A DNA stretch of 64,000 bases, taken from IMG/VR virus record IMGVR_UViG_3300034095_001343, positions 1 through 64,000 of that record; one strand, 5' to 3'. The first letter of the stretch is position 1; each line of letters opens with the position of its first letter. The position numbers and the translations under genes were made by a program. The stretch is from a virus. Of the stretch, positions 27,624 through 37,821 are shown piece after piece. The notes beneath the pieces were generated by a model that saw only the letters and a list, made by a program, of their open reading frames with translations, made no database searches and was not told where the DNA came from.

Positions 27624-28631
27624 ATGGTGCATTATAATACACTTAAAGAAAAGGAGTTTTACTCCAAACCATTTAAATTTAGTTATTCATCATTGAATAA
27701 ACTAATATTCTCTCCCTCATTATTCTACAAAGATTATATACTTGGAGATAAAGAAGAGAGATTAGACAAGCATCTTATTGAAGGTAAGCTTATTCACTGT
27801 TTAGTTTTTGAACCAGAAAAACTAGAAACAAAATTTAAAATTATTCCAGGTAAGGTACCTACAGATAATGTCCGAAAAATCCTACATAAACTAGCAGAAA
27901 GAAGCTTAGTGAATGATAAATCCAACATTGATCTTATGTCTAAAGAACTTGAAGAAACTATTTTGGATATACTAAAAGAAGAAAATTTATATCAATCACT
28001 TAAGGAAGATTCAGCTAGAGTCATTAAGATTCAATGTGAAGAAAATTTAGAGTACTGGAATTTTATAAATAATCCTAAAGTAGATGTAATAGACCAAGAA
28101 ACATTACTTAGATGTCAAGAACAAAGTAATATTATATTACAAAATGAAAATGTCAAACTTATTTTTGCTAAAAAAGAAACAGATTTTGCATTAGATCCTA
28201 TTCAAACATTCTCAGAAAAATATTTAGAATGTGAACTTAATGAATTACCTTTTGGCTTAAAAGGTTATATTGACTTTTATCAAATTGATGATGATAATAA
28301 AGTAATTACAATTTGTGATCTTAAAACAACAGGTAAAGCTCTTATTGATTTTCCAGAGACAATTAATTTCTATAATTATTGGTTGCAAGCAGCTATATAT
28401 TCTAAATTAGTTTATGAAAATCTTCCGGAAGAAAAAAAAGATTATGACATTTTATTTAAATTTATTGTAATTGATCGTTATAATCAAGTTTATCCTTTTG
28501 ATGTATCACAATCAACTTTAGCAATTTGGGCAGATAATTTTAGGGATACAATTAATAAAGCATCTTATCATTATAAAAATAATAATTACTCATTACCTTA
28601 TGATTTTTTAACTGAAAAAATAATTTTATAA
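27624..28631 (+). CDS. PD-(D/E)XK exonuclease (RecE/exonuclease VIII-like)
   Basis: SYSSL, G.LIH, LKGYIDF, CDLKTT, YWLQAAIY. Confidence 0.85.
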   Translation: MVHYNTLKEKEFYSKPFKFSYSSLNKLIFSPSLFYKDYILGDKEERLDKHLIEGKLIHCLVFEPEKLETKFKIIPGKVPTDNVRKILHKLAERSLVNDKSNIDLMSKELEETILDILKEENLYQSLKEDSARVIKIQCEENLEYWNFINNPKVDVIDQETLLRCQEQSNIILQNENVKLIFAKKETDFALDPIQTFSEKYLECELNELPFGLKGYIDFYQIDDDNKVITICDLKTTGKALIDFPETINFYNYWLQAAIYSKLVYENLPEEKKDYDILFKFIVIDRYNQVYPFDVSQSTLAIWADNFRDTINKASYHYKNNNYSLPYDFLTEKIIL

Positions 28632-28632
28632 T

Positions 28633-29214
28633 ATGAGAATCGTATACACAGAGTATTTTCAGAAAAGTAAAGTTTTTTTATATCCGTTATTAGGATTGAA
28701 AAAGGGTTTAGAATATGTACCAATAAATACATTTATTTGTTGGGACATGTTATATGAAAGTAGTGACTATAAATTTATATGCGTGTATAATAATGAAAAA
28801 ACAATTGATTTTAAAAACTTTGAGTTAAAATATCTTAAAAATCATAGTTTTTTAGAATTTTATTATAATCTTGGTGATAAACAAATATATATTTTTGATA
28901 TGAAATCATACAAACATGATTATATGATGTTTGTATCTGGAAAATATTCTAAAATGTCTATAGGAGCAAAAAATAAAATTCTTCAATATTTTGGTGATAC
29001 CAATAAAGTATCAGAATATGTTGAAAGTTTTTTAAATCCCTCTGAATACCATGAAGTATACGCAGAAAGTTTAAATGTAGATATAAAGTTAATCATAAAA
29101 GTTTATGAAATTTGTAGTAAACCTAACTTAATTAAAGAAACATTTTTTAAAAAAATTCCTGAAGATCTTCAATTATTAAAAAATAAATCTATATTTTTGA
29201 AGCAAAACCACTAA
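28633..29214 (+). CDS. Hypothetical protein
   Basis: ORF track. Confidence 0.65.
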   Translation: MRIVYTEYFQKSKVFLYPLLGLKKGLEYVPINTFICWDMLYESSDYKFICVYNNEKTIDFKNFELKYLKNHSFLEFYYNLGDKQIYIFDMKSYKHDYMMFVSGKYSKMSIGAKNKILQYFGDTNKVSEYVESFLNPSEYHEVYAESLNVDIKLIIKVYEICSKPNLIKETFFKKIPEDLQLLKNKSIFLKQNH

Positions 29215-29215
29215 T

Positions 29216-29635
29216 ATGACAGAAAAATCATCGTTTGGAAAAAACATGATGCTGATTAGTTCAGCATTCAGAGGAGTTAAATCCTTTAGTATTATTCCAG
29301 TAACTCAAGATTGCCCTTATGTAGAGGCAATGTTTGATCCTACTTCGGGAATCCTTGCAGTAATTAGCAAGATTAAAAAACAAGCAATGCACATGGTGCC
29401 AAAGCTTGATGAAAACGGTCAGCCCGTTAGACTTAAAGCTCCAAACATGGAAACAGGTAAAACTGTAAAAGAGCAAAGAGTTCAAATTGAAACTTTTTCA
29501 GAAATTTATATTACTGAAAAAGATGAAATTGCACAATTTGTGTACATGTTTGCTGTAAATGTTGAGCAGTTTGATATTTCTCCTTTTTTTGTTGATGTGA
29601 AAGAAACAAAAACATCTAGTATTATAATGCCTTAA
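29216..29635 (+). CDS. Hypothetical protein
   Basis: ORF track. Confidence 0.7.
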   Translation: MTEKSSFGKNMMLISSAFRGVKSFSIIPVTQDCPYVEAMFDPTSGILAVISKIKKQAMHMVPKLDENGQPVRLKAPNMETGKTVKEQRVQIETFSEIYITEKDEIAQFVYMFAVNVEQFDISPFFVDVKETKTSSIIMP

Positions 29636-29825
29636 TTATTTATGAATACTTTTATAAAATTATTTGTAATTGTTTGCTGCGGAGAATTAACTCCATATAA
29701 CACTTATACATATCAAGCTAAATGTGTTAATGATAAAACAGAATATACTATTTATAGTCCTTATAAATATAATTCAGGTGACACATTAGTATATAAAAAA
29801 TAGTAATACAAACATATTTTAAAAT

Positions 29826-29860
29826 AAAATAAGGAATGCGTTGTGTTCCTTATTTTTTTT
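29826..29860 (+). terminator. Rho-independent terminator
   Basis: AAAATAAGGAATGC-gtt-GTGTTCCTTATTTTTTTT. Confidence 0.7.
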
Positions 29861-29881
29861 ATATAACTAATTATATTAAAT

Positions 29882-31885
29882 ATGAATCACTGGGTACATG
29901 ATTATGAAACATTAAAAAATTGCTTTGTTGCAGTATTTGAACATTATAAAAACTCAGAGAGAAAAGTTTTTATTGTTCATGATTTACAAAATGACTTTCA
30001 AAACTTTATAAATTTTTTAAAACAGAATGAAAAAAATAAGGAGTGGCATATATCTTACAATGGTTTAGCTTTTGATGCTCAGATAACACATTATATTATA
30101 GACAACCAAAATTTATGGATTAATCTAAGCGGTTGTCAAATTGCTGAAATCATTTATGCTTATGCCTCTAAATGTATAAGTAGAAGTAACACAAAAGAAT
30201 TTCATGATTATGCACTGTGGAATATGTGTATTGGTCAAATTGACTTGTTTAAAATGCATCACTGGGATAATCCTGCAAAGAGATCTAGTTTAAAATGGAT
30301 ACAGTATAGTATGGATTGGGATAACATTCTTGAAATGCCTATTCATCACAATACTTTGATTACAACTAAAGAACAGATAGATACTATTGTAGACTACTGC
30401 ATAAATGATGTGCAGTCTACCAAAGAAATATTTAAAAGATCAGAATCACAAATTAGATTAAGAAAAGAACTGACTAAGACATATGGTATTAATTTGTATA
30501 GTGCCTCAGAACCAAGGATAAGTAAAGAACTCTTTGCTTATTACATGTCTGAGAAACTAAATATACAGAAGAAAGATATTAAAGCAATGAGAACTTATAG
30601 AAATAAGATTAAGTTGGCAGATGTCATTCTACCTTATGTAAAGTTTAACTCACCTGAATTTAAATCCTTATTAGAAAGATTCCGGGCTGTTGAACTTAGT
30701 CCAGATAACTTAAAAGGCGGTTTTAAATACTCCGTTAACTATAAAGGTGTTACAACACATTTTGGTTTAGGCGGTGTTCATGGTGCTAGAAAAGCAGGTG
30801 TATATAAATCAGATGATGAATATGTAATTATGACTTCTGATGTAACAAGCTTTTATCCAAATCTTGTTATCAGGAATCAATGGGCACCAGGTCACTTTCC
30901 TAAGAAAGAATTTTGTAATCAATATGAATGGTTCTTTGAAGAAAGAAAAAAGATTCCTAAAAAGGACCCAATGAATTATGTTTATAAGATTATTTTAAAT
31001 TCTACTTTTGGTTTAAGTAATGATAAGAATAGTTTCTTCTATGATCCTGAACTTACTATGCAAATTACAATTAACGGTCAGTTAAGTTTGATGATGCTAT
31101 ATGAAATGATCATGGAAAGAATACCAAAGGCAATACCTCTAATGCAGAACACAGATGGTATAGAGACAAGAATTCCTAGAATTTACATTGATGAATACAT
31201 GAATATATGTAAAGAATGGGAACAGATTACTAATCTAGCTTTAGAACATGATGAATATCAAAAATTGATAATAGGTGATGTAAATAACTATATTGGTTTG
31301 AATAACTTTAAACAGGTTGATATCACTACATGGAGAAATGTTAAAAAAGAATACCCTCATTATGTATTTAAAGTTGAAGGTGATAAATTCATGTATGCAC
31401 CGGCTAAACTTAAAGGTAGATTTGACTTTTATGATTTAGCATTGCACAAGAATAAATCTAAATTAATTATACCTAAAGCTATCTACCATTATTTTATCCA
31501 TGATACTTTACCTCATGTTTATCTAGAACAAAACAAGAATATTCTTGATTATTGTATAGGTAGTAAATCTAAAGGTGAATGGAAACAAGTTGCTAAAGCA
31601 ATTAAAGATGGTAAATACTATGAAGAAGATCTTCAGAAGATTAACAGATACTATATTGCCAAAATGAGTGGAAATGAAGAAGTTAAAATAATAAAAGTAA
31701 ATACAATTGACAAAAGAGAAATTCAGCTTGAAGCTGGTAAATGGATGCAAAAGCTATTTAATAAAATAGATATCAAACCACAATGGGAAGATTATAATAT
31801 TGATAAAGAATATTATATTAACGCAATTGAATCAGAAATAAATAATATTATTAATACATCAGTAAATCAAATAAAACTTTTTTAA
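29882..31885 (+). CDS. DNA polymerase family B (crAss-type)
   Basis: Exonuclease DYET, YNG..FD, YC.ND; polymerase SDVTSFYPN, KIILNSTFG, NTDG. Confidence 0.92.
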   Translation: MNHWVHDYETLKNCFVAVFEHYKNSERKVFIVHDLQNDFQNFINFLKQNEKNKEWHISYNGLAFDAQITHYIIDNQNLWINLSGCQIAEIIYAYASKCISRSNTKEFHDYALWNMCIGQIDLFKMHHWDNPAKRSSLKWIQYSMDWDNILEMPIHHNTLITTKEQIDTIVDYCINDVQSTKEIFKRSESQIRLRKELTKTYGINLYSASEPRISKELFAYYMSEKLNIQKKDIKAMRTYRNKIKLADVILPYVKFNSPEFKSLLERFRAVELSPDNLKGGFKYSVNYKGVTTHFGLGGVHGARKAGVYKSDDEYVIMTSDVTSFYPNLVIRNQWAPGHFPKKEFCNQYEWFFEERKKIPKKDPMNYVYKIILNSTFGLSNDKNSFFYDPELTMQITINGQLSLMMLYEMIMERIPKAIPLMQNTDGIETRIPRIYIDEYMNICKEWEQITNLALEHDEYQKLIIGDVNNYIGLNNFKQVDITTWRNVKKEYPHYVFKVEGDKFMYAPAKLKGRFDFYDLALHKNKSKLIIPKAIYHYFIHDTLPHVYLEQNKNILDYCIGSKSKGEWKQVAKAIKDGKYYEEDLQKINRYYIAKMSGNEEVKIIKVNTIDKREIQLEAGKWMQKLFNKIDIKPQWEDYNIDKEYYINAIESEINNIINTSVNQIKLF

Positions 31886-31886
31886 T

Positions 31887-32189
31887 ATGGACTATTTTGA
31901 ATTAGAATGTGCAGTAGAAGAATGGGCTTTGGATAAGGGAATCTTGTCCAAAGCTACACCTATGGCTCAAGCTCTTAAGACTCTAGAAGAAACTACAGAG
32001 TTTTGTAGAGCAGTAAACAGTAATGACCGTGAAGAAATCATTGATGCAATGGGGGATATCATGGTTACTTTAATTATTCAGGCTAAAATGCAGAATCTTA
32101 AATTAGAGGAATGCCTTGAGTCTGCCTATAATGTTATCAGTAAACGTACTGGTGTTATGAAAAACGGACAATTTCATAAGGATAATTAA
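31887..32189 (+). CDS. MazG-like NTP pyrophosphohydrolase
   Basis: KTLEETTE...IIDAMGDIMVT...AYNVISKRTG. Confidence 0.8.
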   Translation: MDYFELECAVEEWALDKGILSKATPMAQALKTLEETTEFCRAVNSNDREEIIDAMGDIMVTLIIQAKMQNLKLEECLESAYNVISKRTGVMKNGQFHKDN

Positions 32190-32239
32190 TTTTTGTTTAA
32201 TAAATATTGTATATTTGTAAAATCTTAAACATTTAAATT

Positions 32240-32869
32240 ATGGGAAAAACAAATAAACAATGTATGATTGGTAAAAAATATGGTATACTAACAGTTATAT
32301 CTGAAATTGAAACCAGAAACAAAAATGGTCACATATTGTATAATGTACAGTGTGACTGTGGAAAAGAAAAACAAGTTTTAGGTGCATCATTAAGAAGTGG
32401 TGCATCTAGAAGTTGTAATAAATGTTCACTTCTAACAGGATCACATGGTATGTGGAAGTCTAGAGAATTTTCAATATGGCAATCTATGAAAGACAGATGT
32501 TATAATTCTAACAATCCTCGTTATAAAAACTATGGAGGAAGAGGAATTATTATCTGTGATAAATGGAAAGATTCATTTAGTAATTTTTATTTAGATATGG
32601 GAGAATCAAAAGATTTAACTATAGATAGAATAGATGTAAATGGAAATTATGATCCTAATAATTGTAGATGGGCTACACCAAAGATTCAAGCTAGAAATAG
32701 AACTAATAACAAAGTATATACGTACTTACAAGAAACTTTATGTATGTCAGAGTGGTGTGAAAAATTAAATATTTCAACCTCAACATTTAATAATAGAATT
32801 CTTAGAGGATGGTCTATAGAAAAAATAGTAAATACACCAATTAATATTAAAAATAGAAAAATAAATTAA
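32240..32869 (+). CDS. Free-standing HNH homing endonuclease
   Basis: CDCG, WQSMKDRC, YGGRGI, TIDRIDVNGNYDPNNCRWAT. Confidence 0.88.
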   Translation: MGKTNKQCMIGKKYGILTVISEIETRNKNGHILYNVQCDCGKEKQVLGASLRSGASRSCNKCSLLTGSHGMWKSREFSIWQSMKDRCYNSNNPRYKNYGGRGIIICDKWKDSFSNFYLDMGESKDLTIDRIDVNGNYDPNNCRWATPKIQARNRTNNKVYTYLQETLCMSEWCEKLNISTSTFNNRILRGWSIEKIVNTPINIKNRKIN

Positions 32870-32871
32870 TT

Positions 32872-33174
32872 ATGAAATATAGAAAGAAACCAGTAGTAAT
32901 TGAAGCAATTCAATATAATGGAATGAACTCAGCTGAAATAGCTGAATTTATGGGTGTTATGATTAGAACTAAAACAGTTCCTTTAGAAGGAACTCCTTCT
33001 GGTAAAGTTACAATAGAAACATTAGAAGGAACTATGACTGCCTCAGAAAATGATTATATCATCAAAGGAGTCCAAGGAGAATATTATCCATGTAAACCAG
33101 ACATCTTTGAATTGACTTATGAAAAAGTAGAAGATAATCTAATAAATGGACAATTTGTAAAAGATGTCAAATAA
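32872..33174 (+). CDS. Conserved phage protein (KYRKKPVVIEA family)
   Basis: IETLEG.M.A...DYIIKGVQGEYYPCKPDIF. Confidence 0.75.
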   Translation: MKYRKKPVVIEAIQYNGMNSAEIAEFMGVMIRTKTVPLEGTPSGKVTIETLEGTMTASENDYIIKGVQGEYYPCKPDIFELTYEKVEDNLINGQFVKDVK

Positions 33175-33559
33175 TCAGCAATTAGTTTACAACTCTGTTA
33201 CATGTCAAGAGTGTGATGAAACAATCGTAAGTTATCATAGACATGACTATAAAACCTGTTCATGCCCTAATCAAGCAACGGTAGACGGAGGTACAGATTA
33301 TTTAAGATATGGTGCAAAAGACATGAGTAAAATCAAAATCTTTGCAGTATATGATGATGATCCGTATGAAACTGTCAGACAGTATGCTACACGCGGTAGC
33401 AGAGGAACAGATGGTAAGCAGCCACTTAAATGGATTCCATTATCTGAAATGGAAGATGATCACTTAGAAGCTGTTTTAGATTATGGTGGTGCTGAATGGC
33501 ACATAAATCTTATTAGGAAAGAGATTCAATATAGAAAAGAAAATGGAATTACAATCTAA
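33164..33559 (+). CDS. Zn-binding hypothetical protein
   Basis: CQEC...HRHDYKTCSC...VDGG. Confidence 0.7.
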   Translation: MSNNQQLVYNSVTCQECDETIVSYHRHDYKTCSCPNQATVDGGTDYLRYGAKDMSKIKIFAVYDDDPYETVRQYATRGSRGTDGKQPLKWIPLSEMEDDHLEAVLDYGGAEWHINLIRKEIQYRKENGITI

Positions 33560-33884
33560 AAAGCTTAGTAATCATGAAGTAGCCACAGGTTTAGCAATGG
33601 TGGGTATTTCTGTATCTAAAAATGTAGCTGGTCTAATTCAAGATACAATACACGCCTTGATTGATCAGGGTGATCAGTTTGATTTAAACACTGCAGTAAG
33701 TATTCAGTCTAATTATAATTCTGATGAGACCGTTATAGGAGAGTTAAATGCTCAATATAGAGTACTTAGTGAGTTATATAGTCCCAAAAGTAAACATAAG
33801 ACTCAGATCAATATTGGTTTACTTTTGAATGATATTCTAAAACAAATTGAAAATATTAATAAAAATGAAACAGATAAAACGTAG
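33543..33884 (+). CDS. Hypothetical protein
   Basis: ORF track. Confidence 0.6.
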   Translation: MELQSKKLSNHEVATGLAMVGISVSKNVAGLIQDTIHALIDQGDQFDLNTAVSIQSNYNSDETVIGELNAQYRVLSELYSPKSKHKTQINIGLLLNDILKQIENINKNETDKT

Positions 33885-34107
33885 AAACCTAAGTGGTGTT
33901 TACATCTTCCATAAATTTGAAGATGAAGAAAGTAGAGAACCAACTTGCTTTGAAGATTGCCCTGAAGAAAAACAAGATGAATGGTTAAATTCTCTTGATC
34001 CAGAATCAGTAAAAAATCTAGCCAAACATCTATCTGGAACATTAAGAAAATTAGGTGATCACTTTGACATTTTAGTTGGTGAAGAAGATGAACTTGATAG
34101 GGATTAG
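33865..34107 (+). CDS. Hypothetical protein
   Basis: Start ATG 33865. Confidence 0.6.
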   Translation: MKQIKRRNLSGVYIFHKFEDEESREPTCFEDCPEEKQDEWLNSLDPESVKNLAKHLSGTLRKLGDHFDILVGEEDELDRD

Positions 34108-34786
34108 TGGTAAAGCGGGTTCTGGGAAAGATACAACCGGTGAAATAATTCAAAAACTGTGTCTTAGTAATAAAGGTCCGCAATTTGAAATTAAAAAGTT
34201 TGCTGGCAAACTAAAACAAACAGCATCTCTTCTTACAGGTATACCTATAGAAAAGTTTGAAGATCAAGAATTTAAAAAAACAATTCTTGGATCTGAGTGG
34301 GGCAAACCTACTAAACAAAATCCTTTAAATGCAATTGAACCTTTTAAAGATATCACCTTTGTTGAGATGATGTCTGTAAGAGATCTATTACAAAAACTAG
34401 GAACTGAAGCTATGAGAAATGGTCTTCATGAAAATACTTGGGTAAATGCTTTGTTTGCTGATTATGAAGAAAAATTTGCTAATAAAGGTATTGGTGGATT
34501 TCATGATCCTATAACATATAAAAGATCATTAGGTTTTCCTAATTGGATTATCACTGATGTTAGATTTCCAAATGAATTTAAAGCAATCAAAGAAAAAGGT
34601 GGTATTGTAATTAGAGTTAACCGTCCTGGCCATAGTAATTCTATGAAAGAACTTGCTGAAGCTCATCCAAGTGAAACAGCTTTAGATGGACATGACTTTG
34701 ATTATGTTATTGAAAATGATGGCAATCTTGAGAAACTCATTGACAAAGTAAAGAAGATTTTATTAACTGAAAATATTATCAAGTAA
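34088..34786 (+). CDS. Deoxynucleoside monophosphate kinase
   Basis: IGISGKAGSGKDT, RDLLQKLGTE, ITDVRFPNE, HPSETALD. Confidence 0.88.
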   Translation: MNLIGISGKAGSGKDTTGEIIQKLCLSNKGPQFEIKKFAGKLKQTASLLTGIPIEKFEDQEFKKTILGSEWGKPTKQNPLNAIEPFKDITFVEMMSVRDLLQKLGTEAMRNGLHENTWVNALFADYEEKFANKGIGGFHDPITYKRSLGFPNWIITDVRFPNEFKAIKEKGGIVIRVNRPGHSNSMKELAEAHPSETALDGHDFDYVIENDGNLEKLIDKVKKILLTENIIK

Positions 34787-35211
34787 TGACATTCAATATT
34801 GATTTTGATGGAACAGTTGTAACACACGACTTTCCACGTGTAGGTAAAGATATAGGAGCAGTACCAGTACTTAAAAAACTAGTTGCTGCAGGTCATCATT
34901 TGATTTTATTTACAATGAGAGATGATAGATTAGAAAAGAATGATCCAGGAGATCCTTTAATACAAGATGTTACAGGTACATTTTTGACCGATGCTGTTAA
35001 CTGGTTTAAAGAAAATGATATCCCTTTATATGGAATCCAAACAAATCCAACACAAAAGAACTGGACTAATAGTCCTAAGTCTTTTGCAGAAGTTATGATT
35101 GATGATTCGGCTTTAGGGTGTCCTTTAAAGTATAATCCTGAACTTTCTTATAGAGCCTTTGTAGATTGGGTTAAAATTGAAAAATTACTAATTGAAAGAA
35201 AACTTATCTAA
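34786..35211 (+). CDS. HAD-superfamily phosphatase
   Basis: IDFDGTVV, LFTMR, K..A...IDD. Confidence 0.8.
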   Translation: MTFNIDFDGTVVTHDFPRVGKDIGAVPVLKKLVAAGHHLILFTMRDDRLEKNDPGDPLIQDVTGTFLTDAVNWFKENDIPLYGIQTNPTQKNWTNSPKSFAEVMIDDSALGCPLKYNPELSYRAFVDWVKIEKLLIERKLI

Positions 35212-35865
35212 ATGAAAAGTAATAACAAAAAAAGTAAATTTTATAAAGTACCTACACTCAAACAACGTTTAGAAGATCTGAAATATTTCTTTTTATTCTG
35301 GAGAGGACGTAATAAAGGTATGGTCTATACTCGTAATATTAAATTAGATGACTTTAGATACATCTTTTTTGCTAAAAGGTTTGAGAAATATGGTTATTTA
35401 GGAACAGATCTTTATGATACAGTAGGTGTTTATTTTAAGGCATTATACCCATTAGTATTAGCTATGGATTATGAAGCTAAACCTAAATTCTGTCCAAGAT
35501 GGTTTCTTAGATTTTTACATGTGTTCGGTAGTGACAGATCCATTGTAAGAGTCCGCAACTGGACTTTACATAACTTGCTACGTAAACTAACTAGAGGTAT
35601 TGCTTTTATTGACTGGAAGACTAAGTGGGAAAATTATGACCTACGGATTTCTATTCATGGACCTCAACATCTGCAAAACTTAGCTGATGACATAGAACAC
35701 GGCTTTTATTCTAGAGGTAAACAGCAAGATTTAGTAGATAAGATTAAAAAAATAGATCCTAATGCATCTATTGTCTGGGGAAGTATTGATAAGTTAGAAA
35801 AGCAACTAGAGACTTTAAACAGAGAAACTGATTATGATAATTATTGGCATAATGAAGACATTTAA
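35212..35865 (+). CDS. Hypothetical protein
   Basis: ORF track. Confidence 0.65.
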   Translation: MKSNNKKSKFYKVPTLKQRLEDLKYFFLFWRGRNKGMVYTRNIKLDDFRYIFFAKRFEKYGYLGTDLYDTVGVYFKALYPLVLAMDYEAKPKFCPRWFLRFLHVFGSDRSIVRVRNWTLHNLLRKLTRGIAFIDWKTKWENYDLRISIHGPQHLQNLADDIEHGFYSRGKQQDLVDKIKKIDPNASIVWGSIDKLEKQLETLNRETDYDNYWHNEDI

Positions 35866-36052
35866 TATAAACTTTTATAACTTCTTTCAAAAAAAACAAG
35901 GACAGAGACAATACCCGTATGTGTATTTTTATCCAATCCCTCTATTTGCAATTTCAAAGACAAAACCAAAAGAATTAAAAGTTCATTTAGGCTGGCTTTA
36001 TTTTACAGTGCTATTTACTTATAACAAATGACAAAATCAGATTTATTTAAAT

Positions 36053-36083
36053 TTGTCTGTTTGAGTTCTAATTACTATATTTA
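36053..36083 (+). promoter_or_regulatory. Bacteroidota-type promoter
   Basis: TTG-N20-TATATTTA. Confidence 0.45.
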
Positions 36084-36103
36084 CACAATAAAAGTTTAAA
36101 CCA

Positions 36104-36952
36104 ATGGGATACAAAAAACCAACAGAAGTCTCTAGAAATATTCTAGAATCAGCATGTCTGCCTAATCACGCAGACTCTTACACAGTTATATCACATAAAT
36201 TTGTGATAGATAACACAATCAAGCTCTTAAATGATAGTGGTTTTAGAATCACTAAAGAATTTTACAGAGCTAATCAAGAAGCAAATGTTGCACAGGGCAT
36301 ATATCATATTATTCCAGCAACACTTGACTCAACAATAAATAATGAATCAGAATTAGGAATGATGTTTGCCTGGACTAATTCATATGATAAATCTATTAGA
36401 TTCCAATGTTCTATTGGTGCATATGTAATGGTTTGTTATAATGGTATGGTTTGTGGTGAAATAGATTTTGCTAGAAAACATACAGGAAATGCTGATTCAG
36501 ATATTATTTCACAAATTTCAAGTCAAATTAAAAATGCAGAAAAGACTTTTAAAAGTATTTTAGCAGATAAAGAAAATCTTAAAAAAGTTAGTCTATCTAA
36601 AAAAAGACAGGCAGAACTAATAGGTAGACTTTATTATGAGGAAGAATTACTTGAACCAACGCAGCTTACAATAATAAAATCTGAGATGGAAAAAGCTAGT
36701 TTTAATTATAATGTTAGTCAAGATAATGCTTGGGCTTTTTATAATCATGTTACACATGCCTTTAAAAAGACTCATCCTCGTACTTGGTTAGCAAATACAA
36801 AAAAATTTCATAATTTTATTACAGTTGAATTTTTAAACAATAATAATTTTAATTACAATGATACAATTCAAATTGCAGACTTTGATATAGTAACTGATGA
36901 TTATCATATTAATGTAGATATAGAAGCTAATCTTTCTAGTATTGAATATTAA
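36104..36952 (+). CDS. DUF932-like phage/plasmid protein
   Basis: NSYDKS...VCYNGM...RKHTG...NAWAFYNHVT. Confidence 0.75.
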   Translation: MGYKKPTEVSRNILESACLPNHADSYTVISHKFVIDNTIKLLNDSGFRITKEFYRANQEANVAQGIYHIIPATLDSTINNESELGMMFAWTNSYDKSIRFQCSIGAYVMVCYNGMVCGEIDFARKHTGNADSDIISQISSQIKNAEKTFKSILADKENLKKVSLSKKRQAELIGRLYYEEELLEPTQLTIIKSEMEKASFNYNVSQDNAWAFYNHVTHAFKKTHPRTWLANTKKFHNFITVEFLNNNNFNYNDTIQIADFDIVTDDYHINVDIEANLSSIEY

Positions 36953-37123
36953 AATAATCAACTGTGTCAATATGGATTATTATAAATCTAGTTATTGGAA
37001 TTTTAATAATTAAAATTTTATTAAAAAATAAAAACAGGTTCAATTAGGTTAAACAAATAGGGAAAACCAACTGGAATAGTTTACCTGTTCTATTCCACTT
37101 CCCTAATTTAATAAATCAAAAAA

Positions 37124-37408
37124 ATGAAAAAAGAAGATAAGATAAGTAAAATTATGATGAATATATATTATGAACTTTATGCTGCAGCAACTCCTTCTAT
37201 TGATTTTGAATTATTAATGGAAAAATCTCCTAGAAATGAAAAAGGTCAGATTATTATACCTTATGATGATTATGAAATTGAAGAAAGTATCTATAATGAA
37301 ATAATTAAAAATATAATTAATGCAACAAAATTAACAAAATATCAAAAAGATGCAATAATTAAAAGTATTTACTTAGGTTGTTCTCCTAGATTTAAAAAAA
37401 TAGATTAA
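37124..37408 (+). CDS. Hypothetical protein
   Basis: Last + strand ORF before the convergent late block. Confidence 0.65.
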   Translation: MKKEDKISKIMMNIYYELYAAATPSIDFELLMEKSPRNEKGQIIIPYDDYEIEESIYNEIIKNIINATKLTKYQKDAIIKSIYLGCSPRFKKID

Positions 37409-37710
37409 CCTTTCTTCCATTTCTTACTAGAAGATGCCGTCTTACTTGGACTCCATTTTACTTTGTCTGACCAATAAGCTGCTGACATCTTTCCTTTTGA
37501 AATGTTCTTTCCATGCCTAGACTTAAAAGCTTCTCTCTGACCTACAGTTTGGTTAGTCTTAACCCCCTGTTGTCCAAATCTAATAGTTTTAGTTGTATCA
37601 CCTTCCTTAGCTACAACAATATGTGACTTAGTAGGATGTGATGGTGTACGTTTGGGTTGATTATACCCGGATACACCGGCTTTTTCTAATCTTGAATCTT
37701 TCTTTTTCAT
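37405..37710 (-). CDS. Small basic phage protein
   Basis: Lys-rich; TIRFGQQG...FKSRH...SAAYWS. Confidence 0.75.
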   Translation of the reverse strand: MKKKDSRLEKAGVSGYNQPKRTPSHPTKSHIVVAKEGDTTKTIRFGQQGVKTNQTVGQREAFKSRHGKNISKGKMSAAYWSDKVKWSPSKTASSSKKWKKG

Positions 37711-37821
37711 ATTACATTAGTTCAATAACATGGTATTCATTGCATATCTTCTGTCTTTGTTTCTTGGTTACAATACAAGAAGTAAAAAGAATAGATAGAG
37801 CTAATGTGACTATTAGTTTTT

